From a virus, in the IMG/VR virus record IMGVR_UViG_3300009537_000005: DNA of 64,000 bases; one strand, given 5' to 3'. Below are positions 53,162 to 62,349 of the stretch, in pieces. Position 1 is the stretch's first letter. The number at the start of each line of letters is the position of its first letter. Under the pieces are notes generated by a model that ran no database searches, had not been told where the DNA came from, and saw only the letters and a list, made by a program, of their open reading frames with translations. A program made the translations under genes and the position numbers.

Positions 53162-53913
53162 TAGAATGCCGTCACTGGGGCAATGGGCCCGAACTTTCTC
53201 GATGGTAGTCTACGACGAAGTGATAGAAAGATTCCATTCTTGTAAAATATCGACCAGTCCTCGTTTTCGTGGATGATCTTATTCACGCCGTGAAATACAT
53301 CTGGATAGCCTTCTTCGTAGTTGTCGAAACCGATATAATCTGATGTCCGCTTGCTTACATTCTCGAAGTCTTTATACGGCATATCTCGCATATGATCGCC
53401 ATCAATGTAAGCAGTAACAAAATTATTTTCTTCCAATTCTTCCGGCCATGGATCGGAGTACTTCTGAATTAAATTTAACTTCACGTCAAACAGCTTGGCG
53501 TTCTTTCTCAACTCCTCTGGGGTAGCGACAAGCAGACTTTGATCTTCTTTTGGTTGACCGGTAGTGGGGTCTATAATTCTAATGTCCTCCTCCCTTTTTT
53601 CAGCGTCGTACGGATCAATACAATATACTTCTCCTTCTAATCCCAACTTTCGTTTTACAAGAGCCACGGCGATGGCGCTTGCTCCAAACAAAGTCCCAAT
53701 CTCTACGTGGTCTCCGTCGCCGGCGTTGGCAACCATGCTCATCAGGAAAACCAAACTCGCTCCGCCATCGGCAATTCTGCCTGTAAATTCCTTATCTTTC
53801 ATGCTCTGATTAAGTTCTTGCATAACTTTAAATACTTCTGGGTAAATCCTCATTACTTGGCCTCCGGTAATTTCGCCGCGCCTTGGGCGACAGCAATTTC
53901 TGCCAATTCCCAC
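53161..53913 (-). CDS. class I SAM-dependent methyltransferase (TylF/MycF-like O-methyltransferase)
   Basis: GDGDHVEIGTLFGASA Rossmann SAM-binding segment and YIDGDH metal/substrate motif. Confidence 0.45.
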   Translation of the reverse strand: MGIGRNCCRPRRGEITGGQVMRIYPEVFKVMQELNQSMKDKEFTGRIADGGASLVFLMSMVANAGDGDHVEIGTLFGASAIAVALVKRKLGLEGEVYCIDPYDAEKREEDIRIIDPTTGQPKEDQSLLVATPEELRKNAKLFDVKLNLIQKYSDPWPEELEENNFVTAYIDGDHMRDMPYKDFENVSKRTSDYIGFDNYEEGYPDVFHGVNKIIHENEDWSIFYKNGIFLSLRRRLPSRKFGPIAPVTAF

Positions 53914-54599
53914 TCTTCACGGGTATTGATGTCGAACCCTTCCCATTCGTCCACAACAAACGGAACGATGATTGATCCAGCTATGCTCCGTGTTTCGTAA
54001 ACGGTTTTCGTTCTGGCAAATTCCATACCAGCAGTTTGGACGTAGACATCAAACAGAGATTGAGTTGGTGAACTGTGCCACGGTTGAAATTCTGGCCCCA
54101 TAGGAAACAAGGGCAATAGTAGATTGTCTCGAATAACCCACATCTTGCCTGGGTGTTCTGATGCTCGTCGTACAGTTCTTAAAGAATCCGCCTCTTGGCG
54201 AAAATAGAATTCTGACGCTGCCGCCGAAATTAGACTTGCGCTTCGGAATGGACTTGTTACTCTTAAAATAGCAAATACATCTGCTGGATCGCCATCTTCA
54301 TCAAGTTTTTGTAGCGCCCACTGTACCCATTCGATATCCGGCGAATTGTCCTGTACTGTGTAATTTGGACGTTTCCACGGAACTGATGCTCCGTAGTCCT
54401 TGGCTATTTCGGCGTGCACGTCGCTCTTCACAACCGCTATAACTCGATCAAAAACACCACTGTTGATGGCCGCTCGAATTGTGTACGCCATAAGCGGATG
54501 TCCAGCCAAAAGTGCCTGTTCTTTATCCAGTCCGTCAATTAGACCTACTCTACTCCCACCTGCCCGAAGTGGAATAAACGCTACCGTATTTGTTCGCAT
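53853..54599 (-). CDS. cytidylyltransferase of the CMP-nonulosonic acid synthetase (NeuA/CMP-Kdo synthetase) family
   Basis: N-terminal AFIPLRAGGSRVGL (compare NeuA IPARGGSKGL) and FDRVIAVVKSD. Confidence 0.55.
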   Translation of the reverse strand: MRTNTVAFIPLRAGGSRVGLIDGLDKEQALLAGHPLMAYTIRAAINSGVFDRVIAVVKSDVHAEIAKDYGASVPWKRPNYTVQDNSPDIEWVQWALQKLDEDGDPADVFAILRVTSPFRSASLISAAASEFYFRQEADSLRTVRRASEHPGKMWVIRDNLLLPLFPMGPEFQPWHSSPTQSLFDVYVQTAGMEFARTKTVYETRSIAGSIIVPFVVDEWEGFDINTREEWELAEIAVAQGAAKLPEAK

Positions 54600-55591
54600 T
54601 GAAGTAATTCTCCTTTTTTCACGTCTCTATCCAACCGATGACGCACAAATTTTGCTACATTTAACTTGGTTGGATACAAACCCCCCGGTTTCATGGGAGA
54701 CTGTATCGCTATATGATATTCTTTTATTTTCGTTCCTTTTTTCAAATCCCTTCCCCAATAGAGACTATGTGCCATTTTTTGAATCGGCGCAATTTCGGAC
54801 TTCATTGGTTGGTCTCGCCATTCTAACGCCCTGGCTGTGCGGTTTAGGTACTTAACGTACTGTTGGAGCCCGAAAAACTCCAAAGAGAACCTGTGGTCGG
54901 TTCCTTTTGCGTTGTGATCCAAGGTTATGTGCTTTTCAAAGACTCTGGCTCCAAGAGCATATGCCGCCGCCCCAAGCTCAATCCCATCCTGGTGGTCTGA
55001 CAAACCAATTGGAATGTACGGGAATGTTTCCTGAAGAACCGAAATCCTTCGAAGATTCATCATATCAGGTGGACAGGGATACGCTGCTACGCAGTGGAGG
55101 ATTGTTAGAGGATAATCCACAGGAAAAAGCGATACAGTTCTTATTATCGAATTTACAGACTGTCCTCCTACTGACATAATTGTCGGTTTGCCTGTTTTTA
55201 CAATTTCGCAAACTAAAAGATGATTTGTAACGTGGGCCGACGCGATTTTGTACTTACTAACATCTAATTTCTCTAAAAACTTTACGGATGGAATATCAAA
55301 CGGAGTAACGAAAAATTCTAGACCTTTTGATTCCGCGTATTGCTTTAGGGTCTCAAATTCGCTGGTTCCGAACTCTAGGGCTTCTCTGTGAGCCCCATAA
55401 GTCGGTCCGTAGCCATCATATGGCCTATTAAACATTTCGTCCGTATATAAACTTCGATTGTCCCGCTTTTGAAATTTTACGGCGTCTGTACCAGCTAGAT
55501 GTGCCATATCAATCAGCTTGTGAGCATCTTGAAGACTGCCATTGTGATTACCGCCAATTTCTGCTATGATGTAGGGGCTATTGTTGTCCAT
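54581..55591 (-). CDS. NeuB-family nonulosonic acid synthase (sialic/pseudaminic/legionaminic acid synthase)
   Basis: YIIAEIGGNHNGSLQDAHKLIDMAHLAGTDAVKFQKR is the classic NeuB signature; C-terminal SAF-like segment. Confidence 0.8.
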   Translation of the reverse strand: MDNNSPYIIAEIGGNHNGSLQDAHKLIDMAHLAGTDAVKFQKRDNRSLYTDEMFNRPYDGYGPTYGAHREALEFGTSEFETLKQYAESKGLEFFVTPFDIPSVKFLEKLDVSKYKIASAHVTNHLLVCEIVKTGKPTIMSVGGQSVNSIIRTVSLFPVDYPLTILHCVAAYPCPPDMMNLRRISVLQETFPYIPIGLSDHQDGIELGAAAYALGARVFEKHITLDHNAKGTDHRFSLEFFGLQQYVKYLNRTARALEWRDQPMKSEIAPIQKMAHSLYWGRDLKKGTKIKEYHIAIQSPMKPGGLYPTKLNVAKFVRHRLDRDVKKGELLQCEQIR

Positions 55592-55802
55592 AAAGTATTA
55601 ATCCTAGTATTCCTAGTACTACAAGAGAAGTTATTGATACAGCAATCCACGCTAAAAATAACTCCACATAGGTATCGCCAAAATAATCGTCTGGCTGTCC
55701 GTCGTTGTCTTTGTCTTGCCAAGGCCACTTCACTATAAACCTCCTGTTGAAAATCCACCGTCGCCGTTCCATAGTGATGTAGTAGTAAGAACGCCGTTCC
55801 AT
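55578..55802 (-). CDS. small membrane protein
   Basis: ORF track; one TM helix. Confidence 0.3.
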   Translation of the reverse strand: MERRSYYYITMERRRWIFNRRFIVKWPWQDKDNDGQPDDYFGDTYVELFLAWIAVSITSLVVLGILGLILYGQQ

Positions 55803-55984
55803 GGTGATGTAGTAGGGAAAACCAAACCACCCGACCGAAAGTCTGGTGTACCGTTGGAACTGGCGACATATTTCGATAGTTCTGGCAGTCTACTTGCCGG
55901 TAGTCCCGCTCCACATCCCGAACATTGCAACTGGGTTTCCCCGTCGTTCGCCTGGTTGCAATATTCACATTTTATTCTTCTCAT
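55733..55984 (-). CDS. small zinc-ribbon protein
   Basis: CEYC...CSGC. Confidence 0.3.
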   Translation of the reverse strand: MRRIKCEYCNQANDGETQLQCSGCGAGLPASRLPELSKYVASSNGTPDFRSGGLVFPTTSPWNGVLTTTSLWNGDGGFSTGGL

Positions 55985-56130
55985 AATTTATTCCCCTTTC
56001 CATTCAAAGGTTGTAACATATAGAATTCCTACGAAGCATTTGAATATAGAAAATCCAAATGATCGTGCATCTTTCCACTCTGTCGGTTCATTCCACGTAA
56101 AAGCAATTGGTAAAGTGGGAAACGGTTGAA

Positions 56131-56904
56131 TTACCATGCGCAGTAACCTCCGTCGATCAAAACCTGCTGGCCAGCAAACTCTGGACACTCTATTGCGAAT
56201 CTGAGGGCGGCTCGCCAACTTTGTTCGCTAATTGCTCTACCCAACGGAACGTTTTTAAAAAACTTTTCTTTGAATTCATCGGGAAGTCCCTTATCCAGCG
56301 GTCCGAAAGCAATGGTAACGGACCGAATATTGTGGCTTCCGTACTGTACGGTAATTGACCTTGATAATTGAATAAGTGCCGCTTTCGAGAGGTTGTAGGC
56401 AACTGGTTTTTCAAATCCCTCGTCATAGTTCCTCCAATCGGCACCAATGTTACCCATGATGCTACCAATGTTGATTATTACTCCTCCTCCGATGGCCTTC
56501 ATCCCCGGAATAAATGCCTTTGCGACATTAGCCGACCCGACAAGGTTCACATTGAGTATTTTTTCCATGTCTCCGAAAAAAGTGGCTCCAGAGCCGGGTG
56601 GATTGTCAATCGCCGCGTTGTTAACCACAACAGATGGTATTATGCCCTCTTCAAACAAATCGGCGGCATAGGCTCGCAACAAATCGGGGTTTGTTACATC
56701 ATATAGAGGCAAATCATAGCTAAAGACCTCATAACCCATCCGTGTTAGTTCGTCTATCCAGATTGGCCCCACCCGTCCGCTTCCGCCCGTTACTACTGCG
56801 TACTTCACGTACGTCGGTGGGGATGCCAATGAGGCCAAGCTTCTTTCCCAGTCAAAGTTAAAGTATTCTCCTACTTTCCAGTTGACCATTGTGTCTTGTT
56901 TCAT
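56131..56904 (-). CDS. short-chain dehydrogenase/reductase (SDR)
   Basis: TGGSGRVG Rossmann motif, NNAA, catalytic YNLSK (YxxxK). Confidence 0.7.
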   Translation of the reverse strand: MKQDTMVNWKVGEYFNFDWERSLASLASPPTYVKYAVVTGGSGRVGPIWIDELTRMGYEVFSYDLPLYDVTNPDLLRAYAADLFEEGIIPSVVVNNAAIDNPPGSGATFFGDMEKILNVNLVGSANVAKAFIPGMKAIGGGVIINIGSIMGNIGADWRNYDEGFEKPVAYNLSKAALIQLSRSITVQYGSHNIRSVTIAFGPLDKGLPDEFKEKFFKNVPLGRAISEQSWRAALRFAIECPEFAGQQVLIDGGYCAW

Positions 56905-58166
56905 GCCGATATCCTCACATACGTTGGTTCGCTTTTCTTTAACGCTGTTTTGAGGGTCGTATATATTTCATCAGGCGCTGGTTGGATTACATCCATTAAA
57001 TTTCCGATATACTCGGCGTCGTCAAGGCTTTGATGACTGATACCCGGCCCGGATGGGTCTAGAGGCCCCGCCATAGTTCCAATGTACACTACAGCTGTTC
57101 CTTCAGTAAGCTGGTTGTAAATTTGTTCGAATGCCCGGCGAATGAAACAAGCATAGGTAGCAAAAATCGGCTTTTGTCCCATCAAGGCGCGGGCCGAGGC
57201 AAAGGAGACTGCGTTTTGCTCCGCAATACCAAAGTCAAATACTCTATCAGGAAATTTTTCGCGAAGGTCGTATAAATGGAGGTCTCGCGCAGTATCGGCC
57301 GTAACCAAAATAACATCCTCATCGTTTTCCATAATCTTCTTGACCGATAGGCCCAGGGCTTTCATCTTTGAATTTTCTGGAAGCTCCGCTCCGGGCGCTC
57401 CGAAATGTGATTCTACTGTTCCTTCAAATTCCGTTCCCTTTCCTTTTGTTGTTATAAGAACAACCAGCCACGGGCCGCTCTCGCGATGCTCCTCTACCGT
57501 ATCTAAAATAAGATTAATCTCATCTAGGTCGTTTCCGTTCTCTGTACCTGCTACACTCCATCCAGCACCAACAAACATTTTTACAATTCGGTCTGTTGTG
57601 AGTTCAGTGGGCCCGTCTTGACTGAATTGGTTATAGTCGACGATAGCAACAATATTATTGACTTCATAATTTGCTGCCGCCAAGGCCGCCTCCCAATTCT
57701 GTCCCTCCATCATCTCCCCGTCGCCTAGAAGGACGTAAACCATTCTATCTTGGTCGAGGGCAAATCCAAGGGCTTTGGAAAGCCCCATTCCCAACGAACC
57801 GGTATTCGCCTCGATTCCGGGTATGTCCACGGTGGGATGACCGGGCAGGCCACCGTTGTTTCTGAAAGTATCCAACCGTCCCACATCAAGAATCCCACTC
57901 TCGGCCAGTACGGCATACTGTGCCAATGCGTCGTGTCCTTTTGAGGAGATAAATATGTCATCTTCATCCATCCTGTCCCTGATCGCTACGATAGCATCCA
58001 GCGACGATAAGGACGTTCCTAGGTGCCCCTTGCCCGCTTTCTCGACGATTTCAATAATTCGGGCTCGTAGCCGCTCGATCATTTCTTTACGTTCTTCTTT
58101 AGTGCCGCTAAGTGCTTCGTCGTCTTTTGTACTGTCGGGTGTGTCTTCTTTTCTTTTATAGGGCAT
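56901..58166 (-). CDS. transketolase-like thiamine-diphosphate enzyme (TPP-binding and Pyr domains in one 421-aa chain)
   Basis: GH...GSLGMGLS TPP-binding region and FGIAEQNAVSFASA pyrimidine-binding region. Confidence 0.65.
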   Translation of the reverse strand: MPYKRKEDTPDSTKDDEALSGTKEERKEMIERLRARIIEIVEKAGKGHLGTSLSSLDAIVAIRDRMDEDDIFISSKGHDALAQYAVLAESGILDVGRLDTFRNNGGLPGHPTVDIPGIEANTGSLGMGLSKALGFALDQDRMVYVLLGDGEMMEGQNWEAALAAANYEVNNIVAIVDYNQFSQDGPTELTTDRIVKMFVGAGWSVAGTENGNDLDEINLILDTVEEHRESGPWLVVLITTKGKGTEFEGTVESHFGAPGAELPENSKMKALGLSVKKIMENDEDVILVTADTARDLHLYDLREKFPDRVFDFGIAEQNAVSFASARALMGQKPIFATYACFIRRAFEQIYNQLTEGTAVVYIGTMAGPLDPSGPGISHQSLDDAEYIGNLMDVIQPAPDEIYTTLKTALKKSEPTYVRISA

Positions 58167-58177
58167 TGTTTGTCTCC

Positions 58178-58486
58178 TTACCTTAATTCCTTTATTTTAA
58201 CAACAGCTTTACGTGGAATAATCATCATTGCATCTCCGTCTCTCGGCTGTTGATTTTCTTCTTCTCCTTTAGAACATCCAGTCCACGCAAAACTTTGTAG
58301 AAGTCCAATTCGATCTTTTTCGTCTATAAGTAAATAGCCAATGGTTCTGCATTGTAGAGATACATTACGCCCACCACTTTCGTAGTTCTCTAATTCAAGC
58401 CAACCGGTGCGTAAATGACTGTCAACCCACGTAACTTCAACTTTTTGATTTTTTCTCATTGTTCTCTCCCAACCGTTGACTTCCAT
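58178..58486 (-). CDS. hypothetical protein
   Basis: ORF track. Confidence 0.35.
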   Translation of the reverse strand: MEVNGWERTMRKNQKVEVTWVDSHLRTGWLELENYESGGRNVSLQCRTIGYLLIDEKDRIGLLQSFAWTGCSKGEEENQQPRDGDAMMIIPRKAVVKIKELR

Positions 58487-58737
58487 AAGGGGTCAACATA
58501 ATCTTCTTCCTTTCGATTTTTTTCCCACCAGTCCTTCTTATCCCCGTCTAGGTCTCCAACCTCTCGCAAGATATACCAACTGAGAAATACCTCCAGCATT
58601 TGGCCGACAAAAGTTAGGCCCGCTAAAATAAGAATTGCCCACTCCATTACCATAGCTCCGTAATTCGTAATGCCACCAAAATTAGAATGGTACCCATCGT
58701 TTATTCCTCCCCCGGTTTTTGTTCGGGCGGGTTCCAT
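58456..58737 (-). CDS. hypothetical membrane protein
   Basis: ORF track; TM helix; first gene after the promoter at 58940-58972. Confidence 0.35.
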   Translation of the reverse strand: MEPARTKTGGGINDGYHSNFGGITNYGAMVMEWAILILAGLTFVGQMLEVFLSWYILREVGDLDGDKKDWWEKNRKEEDYVDPLWKSTVGREQ

Positions 58738-58939
58738 AGGTCTTCTCGTATAAATATGCCGTTACAATCGCCATGAGGCCGTGCTATAACGTCCGGCGGT
58801 GTGATGTCGAGCGGTACTTCCAATTCCCACTGGGCGTCACAAAACTGGCAATCATAGGTATAAATCCAGGTTCCGTCCAATTAAGTTCTCCTGCTTAATT
58901 TACTCTAGGTTAAGTGAAAAGGCTTAACTCCCCTTCACC

Positions 58940-58972
58940 TATATATTGGGACCAAAACCTCGTTTTGTCAAC
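58940..58972 (-). promoter_or_regulatory. minus-strand promoter of the TTGACAAA family (sugar-cluster operon)
   Basis: Reverse complement reads ggggTTGACAaaacgaggttttgGTCCCAATATATAggtg. Confidence 0.55.
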
Positions 58973-59039
58973 CCCCAAATTCCTAGGTGATGCCTAATTT
59001 ATACCAAGGTGAATTAAAAAGTACTCTCCGCAACTTTTG

Positions 59040-59440
59040 ACGGGTAACGCGGGAATAAGGAGAGATGTAGACCTACTAGGGGGGTACCCTTCCAACCGAC
59101 CTAGGACGCAAATTCTGTGTGTGTGTACAAGCATAATAGCCCCACGGGGTGTATGGGAGTGGGGGTAGAGTACCGCTATATGTGGGGGATAGGGGTGAAA
59201 ATGGGCTAACCGGGCGGGGGTGGGGCGGATTCAGCACGTAGAACAAAGAAGAATCACGTAGGAGAAGGAGGAATCACGTAGGGATCGGTACAGTAGGGGG
59301 TCTAAGAACGATTCTAAGGGGTAGTTATGGGGTCTGTGTATGGTGGAAAGCCAATTCGCACCCCGCATGCTGTTAGGATGATAGTGGGGGGAATCAAAAC
59401 ACCCCATCCAGTTAGTAGAATGGGGTGTTTATGGGGGATC
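59040..59440. repeat. G-tract-rich noncoding island (C-rich on the transcribed minus strand)
   Basis: At least 12 runs of G4-G6 on the + strand within 400 nt; GT dinucleotide repeat; direct repeat GAATCACGTAGG x2 (59253, 59273); no ORF on either strand. Confidence 0.6.
59397..59435 (-). terminator. intrinsic terminator of the minus-strand gene 59448-60119
   Basis: ACACCCCA-N14-TGGGGTGT hairpin, followed on the minus strand by TTTTGATT. Confidence 0.5.
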
Positions 59441-59447
59441 GTGTGGA

Positions 59448-60119
59448 CTAAGCTAAACCTTGTATCCACCTAACTACGAACAGCACGCTAGACCACAAGG
59501 TCATGGGATACTCTTTAGTCAACTGAACGTCTCCATAGGGTTGTATCACCAAGGGGCGAAGATATCCGCCGTTGACCCTAGGGGTGGGGAGAGCAGGATC
59601 ACCGTCTAACAACGTTGGCACGTTGGTATTCGCACGGGGTCTAAACTCCCATGGCTTACCAGTAGGGCGACGTCCACTTTGAATAAGGACATCTAGCTCA
59701 CGCTCCAAGTCGTCATGAGCTAGATTGACCAGGTAACTTTCGTGCACAGCAAGTAGACTTGTGATCTTGTGATAGTTATCCATTATCTTATCCCCCTTAT
59801 CACGTAGGTCCTTAGCTTGCCGAATACTCGGTAAGTACACGTACTTTTTACCATGACGTTGGGCGTACTCTCTCTCACGTCGTCGTTGTCTAGCACTTTC
59901 CCTTTGTTCTTCGGTTTGCCTTGCGCGATACTCACGCATATATGCCGCTCGTTTGTCCTTATCTTCTCGTGTCTTATCAGACTTTTCATGCTTTCGTTTA
60001 GGTTCAGGTTCAGTATGTTTTACAATCCCCGTCCTTGCGCCCATGGCAGTAGTGGATTGCAATTCTATTGCCTTGCGCAATATCCTATTTTGTAGCTTAC
60101 GCTTTACTTTCGTACTCAT
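59448..60119 (-). CDS. hypothetical basic protein (R/K/E-rich)
   Basis: ORF track. Confidence 0.45.
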   Translation of the reverse strand: MSTKVKRKLQNRILRKAIELQSTTAMGARTGIVKHTEPEPKRKHEKSDKTREDKDKRAAYMREYRARQTEEQRESARQRRREREYAQRHGKKYVYLPSIRQAKDLRDKGDKIMDNYHKITSLLAVHESYLVNLAHDDLERELDVLIQSGRRPTGKPWEFRPRANTNVPTLLDGDPALPTPRVNGGYLRPLVIQPYGDVQLTKEYPMTLWSSVLFVVRWIQGLA

Positions 60120-60266
60120 TACCTATCCTTTCATTGCAATGTCAGTCTACTCAACTGCACATAAATTGTATCACAGGTGTCAAATTACTCTAGGGATTTT
60201 AGGACTGTGTGGACAATCTGCTCTGCTATATAAAGGAAAGCTCAAAACAGCACGTATGAATGGTCT

Positions 60267-60300
60267 TTGACTCAGACGTCGTAAAAATGGTAAACTATAT
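60267..60300 (+). promoter_or_regulatory. promoter/operator repeat copy 1 (TTGACT-N18-TAAACT)
   Basis: TTGACTcagacgtcgtaaaaatggTAAACTatat, a degenerate copy of the CACGTCGTAAACGTG palindrome. Confidence 0.5.
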
Positions 60301-60360
60301 CGTAAGGATCAGTCGGTTGATTGCCTGATCCTTACAATCAAATAAGAAAGGACGTCGATA

Positions 60361-60624
60361 ATGGCAACCTTTGACTTTGACAACGGATATCAAACAAACA
60401 CAGGAAAGCAGTCAACTAAACGTAGACGAATAAAAACAAACCGAGTGTATGGTGCACCATGTGATTGTTTTGACCTAGGTCTAACCTGTCCACATACTAC
60501 AAAGGAAAAAACAACCAACATACCAGACTCGATTGTTCTAGACAGTACGGACAAACGTCCAGATTGGCAAAAACACTTTGTGGTCGAAAGGAGTCAGAAC
60601 ACACAACGTTATAAGGCAGGATAG
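60361..60624 (+). CDS. hypothetical small protein
   Basis: ORF track; downstream of promoter copy 1. Confidence 0.4.
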   Translation: MATFDFDNGYQTNTGKQSTKRRRIKTNRVYGAPCDCFDLGLTCPHTTKEKTTNIPDSIVLDSTDKRPDWQKHFVVERSQNTQRYKAG

Positions 60625-60661
60625 GCCAACGAAAAAGCAGTACAGATGAAGTAACGTTTAC

Positions 60662-60696
60662 TTGACTCGCACGTCGTAAACGTGGTAAACTAGATT
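60662..60696 (+). promoter_or_regulatory. promoter/operator repeat copy 2
   Basis: TTGACTcgCACGTcgtaaACGTGgTAAACTagatt. Confidence 0.55.
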
Positions 60697-60781
60697 GTAG
60701 GGCAGTGCGGATTGCAATTGACTACGGTCGATTGCAGTGCGGGCGACCCTACGCTCAAATACAATTTGAAAGGATGATACA

Positions 60782-61006
60782 ATGGCAACAAACGTGGTAC
60801 AGAGTCGCGAAGACGCTCAGTTAAAGGCGTCAAAGCGAATCAATACAGCACTAGACAAGTTTAGACAAATTGGTAACACGGTCAATTGGGCCTTGACTAC
60901 CGAGGATCGACTTGCCATGGCAGATGCAATAGAGCAAGGGGCGGTCGAACTGGTCGAAAAACTGCGCGGTTCGAGCGCTAGTGGATCAACCGAATTTTCG
61001 TTCTAA
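60782..61006 (+). CDS. hypothetical small protein
   Basis: ORF track. Confidence 0.4.
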   Translation: MATNVVQSREDAQLKASKRINTALDKFRQIGNTVNWALTTEDRLAMADAIEQGAVELVEKLRGSSASGSTEFSF

Positions 61007-61105
61007 GATGTAGTGTTTCACAAGGCGACTAACTGGGTCAAAATCTAACACATCGCCGTAGTTAGTCGCCGTAGAAACCCAACATCACATTATAAGGGAG
61101 TTGAA

Positions 61106-61345
61106 ATGGTGACAATACTTGACTTAGATAGACGCGATCCTCTGGTAGTGTCCAGCACAATCTGGCAAGGAAGTGAACGTGTGGATATTCGGACCCACTA
61201 CTATGCGAAAGAATCCGACGAACTAAGCCCTACCAAGAAGGGAGTCAGCCTCAAGATCGACGAAGTACCAATTGTAGTACAGGCTGTTCTTGACGCCTAC
61301 AACCAAATGACGGGACAAAATCTAAGCTTGACTCACACGTCGTAA
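61106..61345 (+). CDS. hypothetical small protein
   Basis: ORF track; SD AAGGGAG. Confidence 0.4.
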   Translation: MVTILDLDRRDPLVVSSTIWQGSERVDIRTHYYAKESDELSPTKKGVSLKIDEVPIVVQAVLDAYNQMTGQNLSLTHTS

Positions 61346-61362
61346 ACGTGGTAAACTATATT
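61328..61362 (+). promoter_or_regulatory. promoter/operator repeat copy 3
   Basis: TTGACTcaCACGTcgtaaACGTGgTAAACTatatt. Confidence 0.55.
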
Positions 61363-61648
61363 GAAGGGAGACGACATGATTACAGTACTACCAAGAAACC
61401 AAGATGGCACGCTATCCAGCTTCGCATGGCCGGGGGGATATCGACTCTGGTATTATGGATGGGAAAACGACGAATGGGTAACACTTTGCCCCGAGTGTGC
61501 AAATGATTACAGTCGAGACACCGAGCGAATGGAGACCTTCGAATTTGACTGCGCTTATCCAGTGTGGGAGGGCGACCCAACTTTATGCGACGAATGTCAA
61601 GCCGAGTATCCGAGCGAATATGGTAATCCATACGCACCAGAGGACTAG
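61361..61648 (+). CDS. hypothetical Cys-rich protein (CPEC...CDEC)
   Basis: ORF track; zinc-ribbon-like Cys pairs. Confidence 0.4.
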   Translation: MKGDDMITVLPRNQDGTLSSFAWPGGYRLWYYGWENDEWVTLCPECANDYSRDTERMETFEFDCAYPVWEGDPTLCDECQAEYPSEYGNPYAPED

Positions 61649-61775
61649 ACATGAATCCCCCACCAATCGACCGGCTTGTATACGGAGTCATTTCGTGGTA
61701 TAAGATGGGGGAGATTTTAGTCGTGATGATAGGACTATGTTGTCTACTATCACAGTGGGCAATCTTGGAGGGTGA

Positions 61776-62009
61776 ATGATGCACCACAAAATGTCTGTAA
61801 AGGTCAACCTACGAAATCATCTAATTCGAACTGCGAAAGACAATGCGAAAGCACGAGGACATATATTAGGAACGTTTGACCTATACGGATTAAACCGTGC
61901 CTATGCAAACTGTCTTTGCTGTAATTGTTGGATACAGATAAATACAAACCCTTCGGTAAATGAAATTGACATTGCCGGAACTGCTATAGCTTTGCAATGC
62001 GAGGAGTAA
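61776..62009 (+). CDS. hypothetical small protein
   Basis: ORF track. Confidence 0.35.
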   Translation: MMHHKMSVKVNLRNHLIRTAKDNAKARGHILGTFDLYGLNRAYANCLCCNCWIQINTNPSVNEIDIAGTAIALQCEE

Positions 62010-62012
62010 ACG

Positions 62013-62348
62013 ATGTGCGATTGCACCCCCGATAGCGGACTGCCTAATTGTCTTTGTAGGAATTGTGGAGAACCTTCTTTCTCCCTTGATAACTATCCAT
62101 GGGGCGACTGGACCGCGCGTGATTGGTCCGAACCTCAAGAATTATCCAACTGGACGATTGATGACGAGGGGAGGGAGATAATTCCCACGGCAAGTATAAA
62201 ATATAACGAGAAGGGACTTTCACTTTCAAGTCTATGGCAAGGTAGGAACATAGTCGCATGTTGGGACAACGAGGGCAACCAATTCAGTCTACATCACGCC
62301 TATAGTCTTATGTTTGACCTAGCACGCAACCTAGGATTGTTTGACTGA
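62013..62348 (+). CDS. hypothetical Cys-rich protein
   Basis: ORF track. Confidence 0.4.
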   Translation: MCDCTPDSGLPNCLCRNCGEPSFSLDNYPWGDWTARDWSEPQELSNWTIDDEGREIIPTASIKYNEKGLSLSSLWQGRNIVACWDNEGNQFSLHHAYSLMFDLARNLGLFD

Positions 62349-62349
62349 C

